A DNA stretch of 64,000 nucleotides from positions 1-64,000 of the forward strand of contig JBLWGC010000160.1 of the NCBI GenBank assembly GCA_048772705.1. Direction: 5' to 3'. This document shows, piece by piece, positions 36,998 through 47,901 of this stretch. Source of the stretch: Leidyana gryllorum EB-2025a. Its lineage: Eukaryota > Protista > Apicomplexa. The position numbers were made by a program, and so were the translations under genes. The stretch's first letter is position 1. Each line of letters starts with the position of its first letter. The notes beneath the pieces were generated by a model. The model had not been told where the DNA came from, searched no databases, and saw only the letters and a list, made by a program, of their open reading frames with translations.

Positions 36998-39025
36998 TCA
37001 AGTTAACAAGGGCATATCGTCGAAACGTGTCCGATTGCAGATGTTGCACCCAGCCAAGTCGTGTGGAGGCGGAAGGAACTGTTCGCTGCAGTTGCCACAT
37101 AACTTGTTGGCAACAGCGCTATTGAACACGAGTTTGCCTGACGGACCAGTTATCCGTAAATAGTATTTGTCTCGAACGCGAGCTTGTCTCCGTTGTTGCC
37201 AGGCTTCCCGAGCTCTGGCTCTTTCCTCATTTTTGGCAGTCTTCTCAGCCTTTGAGACTCGCGGAGGCGAAGCACCTGAAGCGCCTTCGTCGGCTCCCGC
37301 TGCATCACCTCCGGGAAGCGTTTCTCCTGGAGCAGGCGGCGGGGGCAAAGGTGGTGTTGGTTGCCGCTGTAAGGGGGGAGGAGGTGCAGCTGCCTCCGCC
37401 TTGACTGGAGGAGGTGTCGGTGTTTTGGGGGGCGGAGGGGCCTTCTCTTCGGCCGGGGGCGGTTCAGCAGCTTTTGGTGGTTCCTCGGCTGGAGCCGGTG
37501 GGGTAGGAGGTTTGGCCCCAGCAGGCGCGGTCTTTGGCTCTGGTGGCGCGGGAGCCACCTTGAGTGGCTCGACCTTCTTGGCCGAAGCACTGGGGGCCCC
37601 CGATCCTGGACGGCCGGGGGCTCCGGCTCCCGGTCTGCCAGCAGCACCCGCTCCTGGCCGAGCTGAGCCACCAGGGACGGTAGAGGGTGTCTTGGGAGCT
37701 GCTGGCTCGGCTGCGGGAGCTCCGAGAGCAGCTGGGGCGGCAGCCGAGGGTTCAGCAGCCGCCTTTGCAGTCTCGGCGCCCGCTTTGCCAGCCTTGGCAG
37801 GAGCCTTGCCACTTTCACTGGGTGCAGCGGATGTCGCAGCTGTGGCGGCGCCCGAGGCAGCCTTCTTTTTCTTAGGCTTATCCCCCTCTGCACCAGCTGC
37901 AGCGGCCTTTTTCTTCTTGGGTTTCTCTCCCTCAGCACCAGCTGCAGCTGCTTTCTTCTTGGGTTTCTCGCCATCAGCTGCGGCAGTCTTCTTCTTCGTT
38001 TTCGCCTTTCCCCCATCGCCGTCCTTTTTGTCGCCAGTGGCCTTCTTCTTCTTGGCAGCAGTGCCCTCTTTGGCGGGAGCGCCTTCTTTGGCAGTGTCGG
38101 CTGCGGCCTCTTTGGTGGCGGGGACATCTTTGGCTGGTGCGGCGTCTTTGGCTTCGGCAGCAGCTTTGGGGGCGTCTTTCGCATCCGCCTTGGCAGCCTC
38201 TTTGCCTTTAGCCTTCTTGGCCTTTTTGTCATCAGCCCCATCAGCAGCTTTCTTCTTAGTCTTTGCTTCGCCAGACTTCTTCTCTCCGTCGTCCTTCTTG
38301 GCCGACTTGCCATCGCCATCTTTCTTTCCGGCTTTCTTCTTGGCCGCCTTTGCGTCTCCCCCGGCTGCTTTGGCGTCCGCTCCAGCATCCTTTGCGGCTG
38401 GGGCCGCTTCCTCGGCTTTTGCCTTGGCGGCCTCTTCGTCGAGTTTGGAACTCGATCTCTGGAGAGCGCGAGTGGCGGCATCTGTTTTGGCGGCCTCGTC
38501 AGCAGCAACGGGCTTATCCTCTCCGGCCTTGGCCTTGGAGGCAGCCTTCTTCTTCTTGTCACCGGACTTGGCGTCTCCGTCTCCCTTCTTGGCGGCTTTG
38601 GCGTCTCCGTCTCCCTTCTTGGCACCGTCTCCTTTCTTGGCACCGTCTCCCTTCTTGGCTCCGTCACCCTTCTTGCCGGCTTTGCCCTCCCCATCACCCT
38701 TCTTGCCGCTCTTACCACCTTCCTTGCCGCCTTTGCTTGCGGCTGCGGCTGAGGACTTTTGTTTCACCACTTTTGGAGGGGATTCCGGGGAAGCGTCAGC
38801 TCCTTCAGGCGCCTCCTTGCCGACAGCCCCTGCCTCTGCAGCGGCAGCACCCTTCTTGCCAAGCACTGGGGCATCGGATTTTTTGGCGGCAACCTTCTTG
38901 CTGCTGAGGTGTTCGGCGTCGTCGGCGAACTGATCTTTGGTTGGAGCCGCTTTGGCGTCTTTGGCCTGGAGATCGTCTTTCTTGAAGGAGATATCCTTCT
39001 TCGCTACTGCCTTTTTGGGAGGCAT
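36998..39025 (-). CDS. Lys/Ala-rich then Pro-rich disordered protein with C-terminal CxxC..CxxC motif
   Basis: 675-aa ORF; KKGDGA repeats; C-term KLCGNC-x13-CNIC. Confidence 0.75.
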   Translation of the reverse strand: MPPKKAVAKKDISFKKDDLQAKDAKAAPTKDQFADDAEHLSSKKVAAKKSDAPVLGKKGAAAAEAGAVGKEAPEGADASPESPPKVVKQKSSAAAASKGGKEGGKSGKKGDGEGKAGKKGDGAKKGDGAKKGDGAKKGDGDAKAAKKGDGDAKSGDKKKKAASKAKAGEDKPVAADEAAKTDAATRALQRSSSKLDEEAAKAKAEEAAPAAKDAGADAKAAGGDAKAAKKKAGKKDGDGKSAKKDDGEKKSGEAKTKKKAADGADDKKAKKAKGKEAAKADAKDAPKAAAEAKDAAPAKDVPATKEAAADTAKEGAPAKEGTAAKKKKATGDKKDGDGGKAKTKKKTAAADGEKPKKKAAAAGAEGEKPKKKKAAAAGAEGDKPKKKKAASGAATAATSAAPSESGKAPAKAGKAGAETAKAAAEPSAAAPAALGAPAAEPAAPKTPSTVPGGSARPGAGAAGRPGAGAPGRPGSGAPSASAKKVEPLKVAPAPPEPKTAPAGAKPPTPPAPAEEPPKAAEPPPAEEKAPPPPKTPTPPPVKAEAAAPPPPLQRQPTPPLPPPPAPGETLPGGDAAGADEGASGASPPRVSKAEKTAKNEERARAREAWQQRRQARVRDKYYLRITGPSGKLVFNSAVANKLCGNCSEQFLPPPHDLAGCNICNRTRFDDMPLLT

Positions 39026-39067
39026 AGGGTGCAGGTCACATGCACTCTTTGTGCAAGTTGCACGTTC

Positions 39068-40129
39068 TCATCGTAGACCAGGGGTCTGTTTGTCGCTGAA
39101 TAAGCCTCCCAATGTTTGTGATCCACTGCTTCCAGCCTTGCGTAAGAGTGCAGCTTTGTGTCGCACCTCAGTTCCGCTGCGAATTTCCTTTCGCTTTTGA
39201 GCGGCAATATATGCCTCGGTGGCTTCAGCTCCCACTTTTGAGAGACGCGGCTGATCGGACGGTAACTGCTTAGCGACGACCTTCTTGAGGGTCAAGTGTT
39301 CGCGTGGGTCTTCGAGAGCCAGCGAGACGCGTCTGTTGGCGTTGGCGGGGGCTTTGCCGGCCGGGGGAGGGCTGGGCGGCTGTTTCATAAGAGTGGAGAG
39401 ACGAGGCTCTCTCTTGGGGGCAGCCGCTGGCGGAGCTTTGGGTTGGGGAGAGGCTGGTTGGCCAAAGTAGCCGGTTCTCGCGAGATTGCGATTGGGTGCA
39501 TCATCGATCCCACACTCGACTGGCACGTCCGGGTCATCCCAGGTACTCTCATCCTGGGGAGACTCGTCGCTATTGTGTGGAACCTGTGTCGCTGGTACGC
39601 CACCACCACCACCTTCGAGTTCGAGTTCGAGTCCGAGTCCGGTGTCTAATTCTCCAGTCTCGCTGGCAGCCTTGCGCAATTTGCTTTCTGCCGAGGAAGT
39701 GGTGCGCAACTCTTGGCTGCGGCTGGCAGCGTTGCTCAGTGCAACTGTGTCTGCTGTACTTGTCTGACGAGTTGTGATGGCCGATTGCTCCATCTCGTGG
39801 CTCTGGGAGTGTGCAGGGCTGGCTGTCATGGGGGTGGCTGCCATCGGAGTGGGCAGCTGGCTGGTTCGCCGGCTGCTACCCGCACCCCGACTGTCCTCGC
39901 CGCTCACCTCGGACGAGGAGGGGGAAGAAGAGGCCTCTTCGGCGTCCTCTTCTCCTCCACTGTGGCTGTCATCTGTGCGATCGGAGTGATTCCGAGATGG
40001 TGTGTGGGGTTGGGTGACGAGGGGGAGGGGGAGAGGTTCGCCGCTGCCCGATCTGCTGGCGAGTGTGGCAGTGGGCACAGAAGCTTTGTGGTCGGGCTGA
40101 AGATCTGATGTCGGCGATGGACTCGACAT
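39068..40129 (-). CDS. Hypothetical Ser/Pro-rich disordered protein
   Basis: Long uninterrupted ORF between UGDH and the Lys/Ala protein; start could be 40198 or 40129. Confidence 0.55.
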   Translation of the reverse strand: MSSPSPTSDLQPDHKASVPTATLASRSGSGEPLPLPLVTQPHTPSRNHSDRTDDSHSGGEEDAEEASSSPSSSEVSGEDSRGAGSSRRTSQLPTPMAATPMTASPAHSQSHEMEQSAITTRQTSTADTVALSNAASRSQELRTTSSAESKLRKAASETGELDTGLGLELELEGGGGGVPATQVPHNSDESPQDESTWDDPDVPVECGIDDAPNRNLARTGYFGQPASPQPKAPPAAAPKREPRLSTLMKQPPSPPPAGKAPANANRRVSLALEDPREHLTLKKVVAKQLPSDQPRLSKVGAEATEAYIAAQKRKEIRSGTEVRHKAALLRKAGSSGSQTLGGLFSDKQTPGLR

Positions 40130-40217
40130 GAGAGCAGTTTTGAGAGAGGGAAGGAAGGCTAGAATGGAGGGCTTGCTGGTAGTGTTGTGAAGAAGCATGC
40201 AGGCCAAAAGCCGATCA

Positions 40218-41904
40218 TCAAACCACCAGAGAAGTGGTCAAACCACTGCTGCTGGGACTTTTGGCGAAACTCGCTTCGACTGCTGGGAGCTTTGGGGAAG
40301 TGAGACAGGGCGGCATGCCTTCTTCGTCCTCCAAGTTGTTGGGGGGCAAAGCAGCAGTAAAGGTACTCTTCGCGGGACGGCCGTGGGGGCGCACCTCGAA
40401 ACCGATCTTGGCCAGCTCCGCTGCGTCCAAGATTAGGCGGCCATCAAAGATGCACGCAGGTTTGCGCATCGTTTGATAGAACTGCTCATAGTCGAGGGTT
40501 TTAAACTCATCCCACTCGGTGAGAACGGCAATCGCGTCAGCTCCCTCCACAGCCTCGAGTGGCGTCTCCTATATTATCAAGGGCAAACAAAATGGGACTC
40601 GCACGCAGCACAGCCGCTCTTACCGTAAAGATAAAACGTTCCAACTGATCTGGAGGGGCCATTTTCTGCTGCTGTTTCATTTCCCAAATCGCGCTGTCCC
40701 TATCCACTAGCGGATCATAAACCTTCACCATGGCACCTTCTTCCAGCAAGCCCAAACAAACATCGCTGAGGGGAAGTTTAGGTCGGTTGTGGGGGAGAGT
40801 GAACTTACAGCGAGGGCGTTTCACGAACATCAGCAGTATCCTTCTTGAATGCGAAACCAAAAACAGCGATGCGTTTGCCTCGCAGCGTGTTGAACATTGT
40901 CTTAACCATCTTTGCGACGAACCGCCGCTTTGTATACTCGTTCATTTTTATAACCTGTAACCAGTATTCTGCAACTTCGTGGAGACCAAATGTCTCGCAG
41001 ATATAGACCAGATTGAGAATGTCTTTCTTGAAGCAGGAACCTCCAAAACCAACCGAAGCGTTGAGAAACTTGTTTCCAATACGTGTGTCTCGACCAACGG
41101 CTTGCGCTACGGCAGTCACATCAGCGCCCGATCGTTCGCACAGATGCGCCACCGCATTTATGGAGCTAATTCTTTGAGCCAAAAAGGCATTCGCAGTCAG
41201 CTTGCTCAACTCCGAGGACCAAACATCCATACACAAGATGCGGTCCCGAGGTACCCATCTCGCATACACGGAGGAGAGCTGATCCACAGCGTCAATCCCA
41301 CTCGTGCTGTTGGGCTCGCCTCCGATCAAAATGCGATCTGGCGACAGCAAGTCCTGAATAGCTGTACCTTCGGCGAGGAACTCAGGATTGCTCAGCACAT
41401 CGAAACTCGCTTCCCCCTTCCGGTTGGCAGCCAGGACACGAGCCAGCGCCGCGGCGGTACGCACGGGAACCGTACTCTTCTCGACCACAATCTTGCGAGA
41501 AGAACTATATTTTGCAATAGACCGGCCGGCTGCTTCCCAGCTGCTCAGGTCAGAGGCAGCTCCAGCTCCAATACCAGTCCGTTTCGTCGGGGTATTGACG
41601 CTCACAAATATCATATCGGCTTCAGCAATGTGCTTTTCGAGGTCAGTAGAGAAGTGCAGATTTTTTCCTCGGCAGCTTTCCACCACGGCTTGGAGCCCAG
41701 GCTCATAGATGGGCAGCTTGGATGAATTGAATGCCGCGATCCGCTCGGCATTGATGTCCAGCACAACGACCTATGAGCAGACCCCTTATCCCAAAAAGGC
41801 CAATGCCGTGGACTCACCTGAATGTCTGGGCACTTCATAGCTATAACGGCAGAGGTGGGGGCTCCCACATACCCAGCACCCAGGCAGGCGATCTTCTGTA
41901 CCAT
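40218..41904 (-). CDS. UGDH: UDP-glucose 6-dehydrogenase, spliced
   Basis: [13 protein letters not shown]; LPIYEPGL; VEKSTVPV; [11 protein letters not shown]; GFGGSCF; [12 protein letters not shown]; TEWDEF; FDGRLIL. Confidence 0.97.
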
Positions 41905-42001
41905 CCTAGTAACAGAGCTACCAGAAAAAAATTGATAGGCTTTGGCAGCAGGTGCTCCCAGGTGACCCACAAACGGATCCCATAATCTACTCCATCGGCT
42001 C

Positions 42002-42641
42002 ATGTCTGTTTCCAGACGAATTGCTAAGGAAATAGCCGACCTCAAGAATGCTCCCAGTGAGACCACATTCGTCAACACTTCTACAACACCCCACCAGCGC
42101 CCGGCATCGTAGCAGAGCCTGATGCCAACAACCAACGATACTTCCGTATCATTATGGACGGACCACAAGGCACTCCATATGAAGGTGAGAACGCCCAGAC
42201 GGACCGCACGCCACGCCACTCACCGGACAGACGGAAAATATCATTTGGAACTCTTCCTTCCGGAGGCTTATCCAATGGAGCCCCCCAAAGTTCGCTTTCT
42301 GACTAAGACGTACCACCCCAATACTGTAAGCACATCAACGAGTCTGAATGGTTCCCCATCATCACCTCCCAACCCCGCAGGACAAACTGGGCCGAATCTG
42401 TTTGGATGTCTTAAAGGACAAGTGGTCCCCAGCTCTGCAAGTCCGGACGGTTTTGCTGTCAATCCAGGCGCTTTTGAGCAGCCCGGAACCTGATGACCCT
42501 TTAGATTCATTCATAGCCGAGCACTTTAAGGTCGATCCGAAGGGCGCGGAGGCTCGGGGTAAGTAAGCAGCACATCGATCGCTCTCATCATTTTTGGTCA
42601 CAGCGAGGGAATGGAACCGACTCTACGCGATGAAATCTTAG
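42002..42641 (+). CDS. UBC13: Ubiquitin-conjugating enzyme E2 UBC13 (UBE2N), 4 introns
   Basis: RRIAKE; [21 protein letters not shown]; HPN / [41 protein letters not shown]. Confidence 0.95.
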
Positions 42642-42793
42642 CCTATTCCTCTCGTGGCTGTGTTGTTATAAACATCAAACCCACCGCACACATCTGTATG
42701 TGTCACCACTAATAGTTCCTTGTCTACTTTCACACATAGCCAGCCAGCCAGCGAGATGATAAGGTGTCAATAGGCCTCTCATCAAATGAAATC

Positions 42794-45700
42794 TTAGGTG
42801 ATGTACATATATTCCGGCTGCTTGCCCTCCTTTTGTGAAACGGAGAGGTAATCTGCGCGTTCGGGAACTAGTGCTAACCACAAAGGACAGCCACCGTACT
42901 CACCTTTCTCCACTAAGCGGTCGAGAGTCTCTTGGACCATTGTCCGATCAAAGGGTAACCCGTACTTTGCTTCCATACAATGTTCCATAATGCCCGCAAT
43001 TGGAGCCGTCTGCTTCTTCTTCATATACCTCACGATGCCCGCTTCCAGCGCGAGAGCTGCCATTCGACCAGAACGCTCGATCGCCCGCGCTTGATTCACC
43101 GCCGCATGACCCTGAGACTCGTTTTAGTTGACAGAAACCCCTCAGTGCTTACTTCTGATTCCCGCGGCAGAGTCAGTCGGACCACACTCTTCTCCCCCGC
43201 GAATTTCCGGTTTACAGTGTATATTTGCTGTGTCTCCTGGACACGAAGAGCAAGCTGAAGCCACACGAGCCGCCATCTCTACTTACATCGAAGTTCAATA
43301 CCGCTGACGCCTTTTGATCCACCATAGGCTTCAACTGAGCTCGAATTTGAGCTGCAGTGAGAGAGGGAGTGCGCCGTGTCAAAGCTGCTAACGACCATTC
43401 GCGGCTTTCATTGAACATCAGCAGTAAAATCGCTTGAGTCGCAGACAGCTCAAAGGTATATCGGCCTGGAAGTTTCTCATTCTTTCCCATCTGGTTGAAA
43501 CAAATTGTTGCATATGAATATTGCATATCGAAGCGCAACAGACGATCTGCACAACCATTTCGAGTGACAGACACCTCTCCAGCTTGACTCACTGGTGAAC
43601 TTCTCTCTGTACATGTCTCCATACTTTCTCAGCATGCTGCTAACGGAAAACGGAAGCCATATGGACGGCAGCTTGACGATTGGCTCATTCCGCTTGGCCT
43701 TGCTCTGACATACCAGTGTATAACCCGCACCGTCGCAAATTCGACACACACACACACACACACACACACGCGTGTGCACAAGGGCGGAGACACGCAGGAA
43801 TGGACAGTGCACTTACGTTGTTATTGCCAGCTTTCTGTTTGGCCGCGGCTTCTTGCTTCGCAGAGGGCCATATATTCGCTGGGCAAACACGAAGTTGTAC
43901 TTCGACGCGCCCCTCCATGAGCTCCATTTCTTCTGGGTCTTTGAGGCATTCGTCCTGTGGATTAAGTTGCAGCTTCTGCTCCAGTGCGGTTCTCTTTGAT
44001 CTCAACATGGTTTGGAAATCACAATTCAGTTGCTGAGATGCCTCCTGCAAACGACGAAAGTGAGATTAGATCGATCTTTGGCGGCGTGTGACCTCCTTAC
44101 CCATTCCCGCAAAATCGTATCCATTGTAGTCACATAGCTCTCTCCGCACTCTCGTGCGATGAGCATGACCAGGAACCTCTCAATTTCAAACTGCGCTCGT
44201 GGTTCACCGAACATGCGCAGAGCCATTGCGTCTTCGTGTGCCGACTGCAATAACGGCAATACACTTTGCACCACCAGCCGCGCATTTGGATATAACTCAC
44301 TCGTACAACGTGCTTCCATTCGTTTGCGACTAATAAGAATGTCATGCCGCACAAACGTTTCTTCATCTCGATCTCCCCCTGATCCGGATTTCGAATTGTC
44401 CGGTCAACATACGCGACAAGGCATAGCGCCAAGTGTTGAGCAAAGGCGTGGCGTTGAGTCAAAGCAGCCGCTATAGCTTCTCTGGTGGCGCGTTGTACCC
44501 TCTGCAACACCGACACTTTATAAGGCGGTTTATTCGCCTCCAACATTCGCTGATTGATCAATACCGTCATTGCTGATTCCGCCATGCTAAAGACATTCTT
44601 CTCATTGCCTTTATAGTTGAGATCAAAGAGGTCCGTGGCTTCGTTAATTCTGACGCGGCCAATCGGAAAAATCATTCGTTTCGGCACTTACGTCTCCGTC
44701 AGGCGGGCTAAAATGGCAAAACCTTCCCCTTTACTCTCTTCAGAGTTCATGACTCGCTCGTCTCCAAACACAGCATCCAGAAAGTTCAGTGTGACAGTCT
44801 GTTGCGAGAAAGGGTCGCTCAGTCCTCACTCGACGGAAATTTCACCTCACCTGGCAACCGGCGGCCCACGCTGCAATAACATTGTCCAGAAGGCCCGAGA
44901 GATCGGCACAATGGATGACAACTCTCAACAAGTCAAACTCGTTGTCGAGAAAGAGATCGAACAATCCTGAGGTGGACTCAACTTCAATGGGGACAGTGGA
45001 GGAATAAGGACGGCGTTTTATATTCACGTTCGTCTCCGTGAAGTACCGAGCTTGTTCCACGAAGAAGGCTTTTATCATCGCTTTGACTACCAATGGTCTT
45101 GTTGTGGGGTGAAATTGGTCCTCAATTCGAGTATTCTCGCAGTACATGAGGGCCACCAACGCTTTGATCAAAAGAGCAGTTGGTGTCCACGCTAACAGGG
45201 GAGCTCCAATCACTCGGGGGTAGGGTAGCGGATTGCTTGGCGGTGGTCGAACGGCCGCACATACTATCGCCCTGGCCCCCACCGTCCACCGCTTCCCCAA
45301 CTCTTCAACCATAATCGGCTGCAGATCGCGCTCGTACAACTCCAGGTCCAGAAACATGTGCGATAACGTCTTCACTTCAGCAAAGTTCTCAGTTGGATAA
45401 GTTTCGGTCAGAAGCGGCAGGTCGGCCGATGTGAGAACACTTTCCCAAACTTGAGTACTCGCCGCTACCACATTTGCTACAACGTCGCGCGCCAAACTCG
45501 GCAACAGCGAGCAATCCTTCTCAGTAATCTGGTTGACGCACATCTTTAGCGCTGTATCGGTCCATCCCTTCAAAGTACTTCGCTGTACATAAACTTGGTC
45601 CAAATACCGCAAAGTCCGCCGCACAAATCCTTGACCCTTAGCGAAGCGTTGCCATGCATTGGCAGCCGCAATGATCCGTCCAGCTCGTGTTCTCGCTTGT

Positions 45701-46290
45701 TTCACGTCCCGAGCAAGGTCATCGACCCACGATACAATCGACGTCTTCAGCCGCCGCTGAATCTCCTCCACCAACGTTAGGGCATACCCTTGTGCACACA
45801 AATCCGTCACCATCTACAAGGGACTCGTCAATCGAGTGCAGCGCGAACATGTGTATAATCATAGCCTCACAAAAACAGTCGCCTAACCATCGGAACACTC
45901 TGGTCCGAGCATCACACCATGGATACTGGTCATTCGGCAGACTGTTGTACAGCAAATCTCAGCTGACCATCTTCGGCCACAGCCGTCTCATTCACAGGTA
46001 GAGCACACACACGTGTGCTACTCACCCTATACACGGCCACCTCAGAGGGCAGCCCTTCGTCATTTACAGGGGCGAATGCCTGTTCAATCGCGCGCAGGAT
46101 CACCGCACGATGTGCTTGTACATCCTGCGTCTTGAGTCCTGGCCAGTCTGCACTTACACGTAATTGGCCTGTCAAAATACCACTCACATCGGCCGCGCGC
46201 CAACTGCACTCTCAACCTGGACGCCCTCGAAGTTTTATCTCCATAGGAGCAAAGTGTCAACCGTATTTCTACAGGGCGGAATTCCATCAT
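42794..46290 (-). CDS. Divergent cullin family protein, multi-exon
   Basis: LRYLDQVYV (cullin repeat); LSATQAILLLMFNE; neddylation motif LEAGIVRYMK; LDRLVEK(D)YL..YMYI. The 5' exons are uncertain. Confidence 0.85.
43744..43769. repeat. (AC)13 microsatellite in a cullin intron
   Basis: Direct reading of ACAC... at 43744-43769. Confidence 0.9.
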
Positions 46291-46312
46291 CCACGCATTT
46301 TTTATAGGAAGG

Positions 46313-47191
46313 TCAAGACTGTTTGCCAAGCGCCTCAAGGTATGCAGCACTCAGAGGAGGTTGTACTGGTGGTCTAACAACATGATTGGCGGGTAGTTGG
46401 TAGGTTCTGTCTGGGTCTCCATCTTTCTGAAGGTCTCCCACGTGTACGAAGGGTATCTGCTTCTTCGTGGTCACTCCAGGAGACAACCTGTCGTAGATGT
46501 ATTTCTCGAATGTTCGGAAGTTGGCTGTCAAGTCAACTCCAAAGTCGGAAGGGATGCGCAAACCTTGACAGACGACGAAGCTTTCCAAGCTACTGATTCG
46601 ACTACTCGCAGGCTTGGCACAGTGGACACTTTCGAAGAAGACTAGGAGCTGGGTGAAAAGCCATCCCACATGTCTGCCGCGAAACACCTTGGCTACGAAA
46701 GTGCCTTTGTCCCTGAGCAGCAGCAGAGACACTCGGAGTGCCGCCAACAACAGTCTATGTTGTAAGTGTTCGTCAACGTCATGCATCCCTGTGACATCCG
46801 GAGCTCCGTCGCAGACGATCAGGTCGGCCTTTTCATTCCCGAAATGAGACATGATTGCTTCAACAGTGCCTAGACTGCTGATGTCACCTCTTAATTGGAT
46901 GACGCCTGGAATTTCTGCCATTTCCTGAAGATCGACAGCGACGATGAGCGGTTCCGGTGCAGTCGGATCCCTCTCTCGAGCTTTCTGGTGCTCATCTGTC
47001 AGCCGTCGACGGATCACTTGAGACCACGAGCCTGGGGCAGCGCATAAATCAACTACTTTCCGGACATCGGGCGTGAATATGTTATATTCATCATCCACTT
47101 GAATCAGTTTATAAGCACTTCTGGCTCTATACGCTTCCTCTTTGGCCCTTCGATAGTAAACATCACGTCTATCCTTGGACCCCTTCCCCAT
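46313..47191 (-). CDS. TRM7: tRNA (C32/G34) 2'-O-methyltransferase TRM7/FTSJ1, intronless
   Basis: MGKGSKDRRDVYYRRAKEEAYRARSAYKL; DLCAAPGSWSQ; DGAPDVTG; FVAKVFRG; KPASSR.SSLESFVVC; PVQPP. Confidence 0.95.
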   Translation of the reverse strand: MGKGSKDRRDVYYRRAKEEAYRARSAYKLIQVDDEYNIFTPDVRKVVDLCAAPGSWSQVIRRRLTDEHQKARERDPTAPEPLIVAVDLQEMAEIPGVIQLRGDISSLGTVEAIMSHFGNEKADLIVCDGAPDVTGMHDVDEHLQHRLLLAALRVSLLLLRDKGTFVAKVFRGRHVGWLFTQLLVFFESVHCAKPASSRISSLESFVVCQGLRIPSDFGVDLTANFRTFEKYIYDRLSPGVTTKKQIPFVHVGDLQKDGDPDRTYQLPANHVVRPPVQPPLSAAYLEALGKQS

Positions 47192-47397
47192 TGCGCCAAA
47201 ATTTCTTACCAGCTCAGAATGATGGGAAGTGCTCGCCAGTAGGTTTCGAGCCTCCCTTCCTCAGTCAAAGTAGAACAATTGAGCCTTTGCTGCATCTATG
47301 CCTATGAGTGAGCTCTTACAGAGCCATGGCCCCTACGCATCAAGAATCCACCCATGTTTATCACATCACACACATTTAGTACATCGACCGCACACAG

Positions 47398-47652
47398 ATG
47401 TGTAGGGAGGAAGACGGATACATTCAACAAATGGAGTCACGAATGCGCAAATGCGCCCGAATGGGCCTCGACTACGATTCCACTTTGCTTCCTTCCGAAG
47501 GATGGTTGCAGTGGGTCGACAAGAACCAAGGACTGTGGATATTCGAAGGGCTCTTCGTTCGCGAATATGACCCCTCCGACCCGTTCAATGATTCACATTA
47601 CTTTTCTCGTGACGATATGGATTTGGTATCAAGTCTGCGATCGAGTGATTGA
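47398..47652 (+). CDS. Possible small ORF / exon (84 aa)
   Basis: ATG-led ORF with globular composition; shares YDP..RDDMDL with the N-terminus of the next gene. Confidence 0.3.
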   Translation: MCREEDGYIQQMESRMRKCARMGLDYDSTLLPSEGWLQWVDKNQGLWIFEGLFVREYDPSDPFNDSHYFSRDDMDLVSSLRSSD

Positions 47653-47901
47653 GAAGGTTAAATATGTGTGGCACTTTCCGCAGTCAGTGTGAAGATCTCT
47701 AATGCTTGCAAACAATTACTTCCAAGGCTGTCGATGGCGATCCCCCGCCGTCCACGGCATCCTGATTAAGTCAACAGTAGTCTGCTCTGTGCCCCTTGAC
47801 TTTGTTTCACTATGGCAAGATGAAGTACCGTCACCCGTGATGTCCTCAACGTGTGGGCGGATTGCATGTTGGATCCGCAATAGGCTCTGTGACTCAGATC
47901 A

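Noticed and set aside
37150-38933. 588-aa plus-strand and 522-aa alternate-frame ORFs
   Set aside because: Shadows of the low-complexity Lys/Ala gene; GC-rich repeats lack stop codons in other frames.
237-46290. Functional ubiquitin gene cluster (RING, BTB, UBC13, cullin)
   Set aside because: The genes are scattered among unrelated housekeeping genes, and such families are common enough to co-occur by chance.
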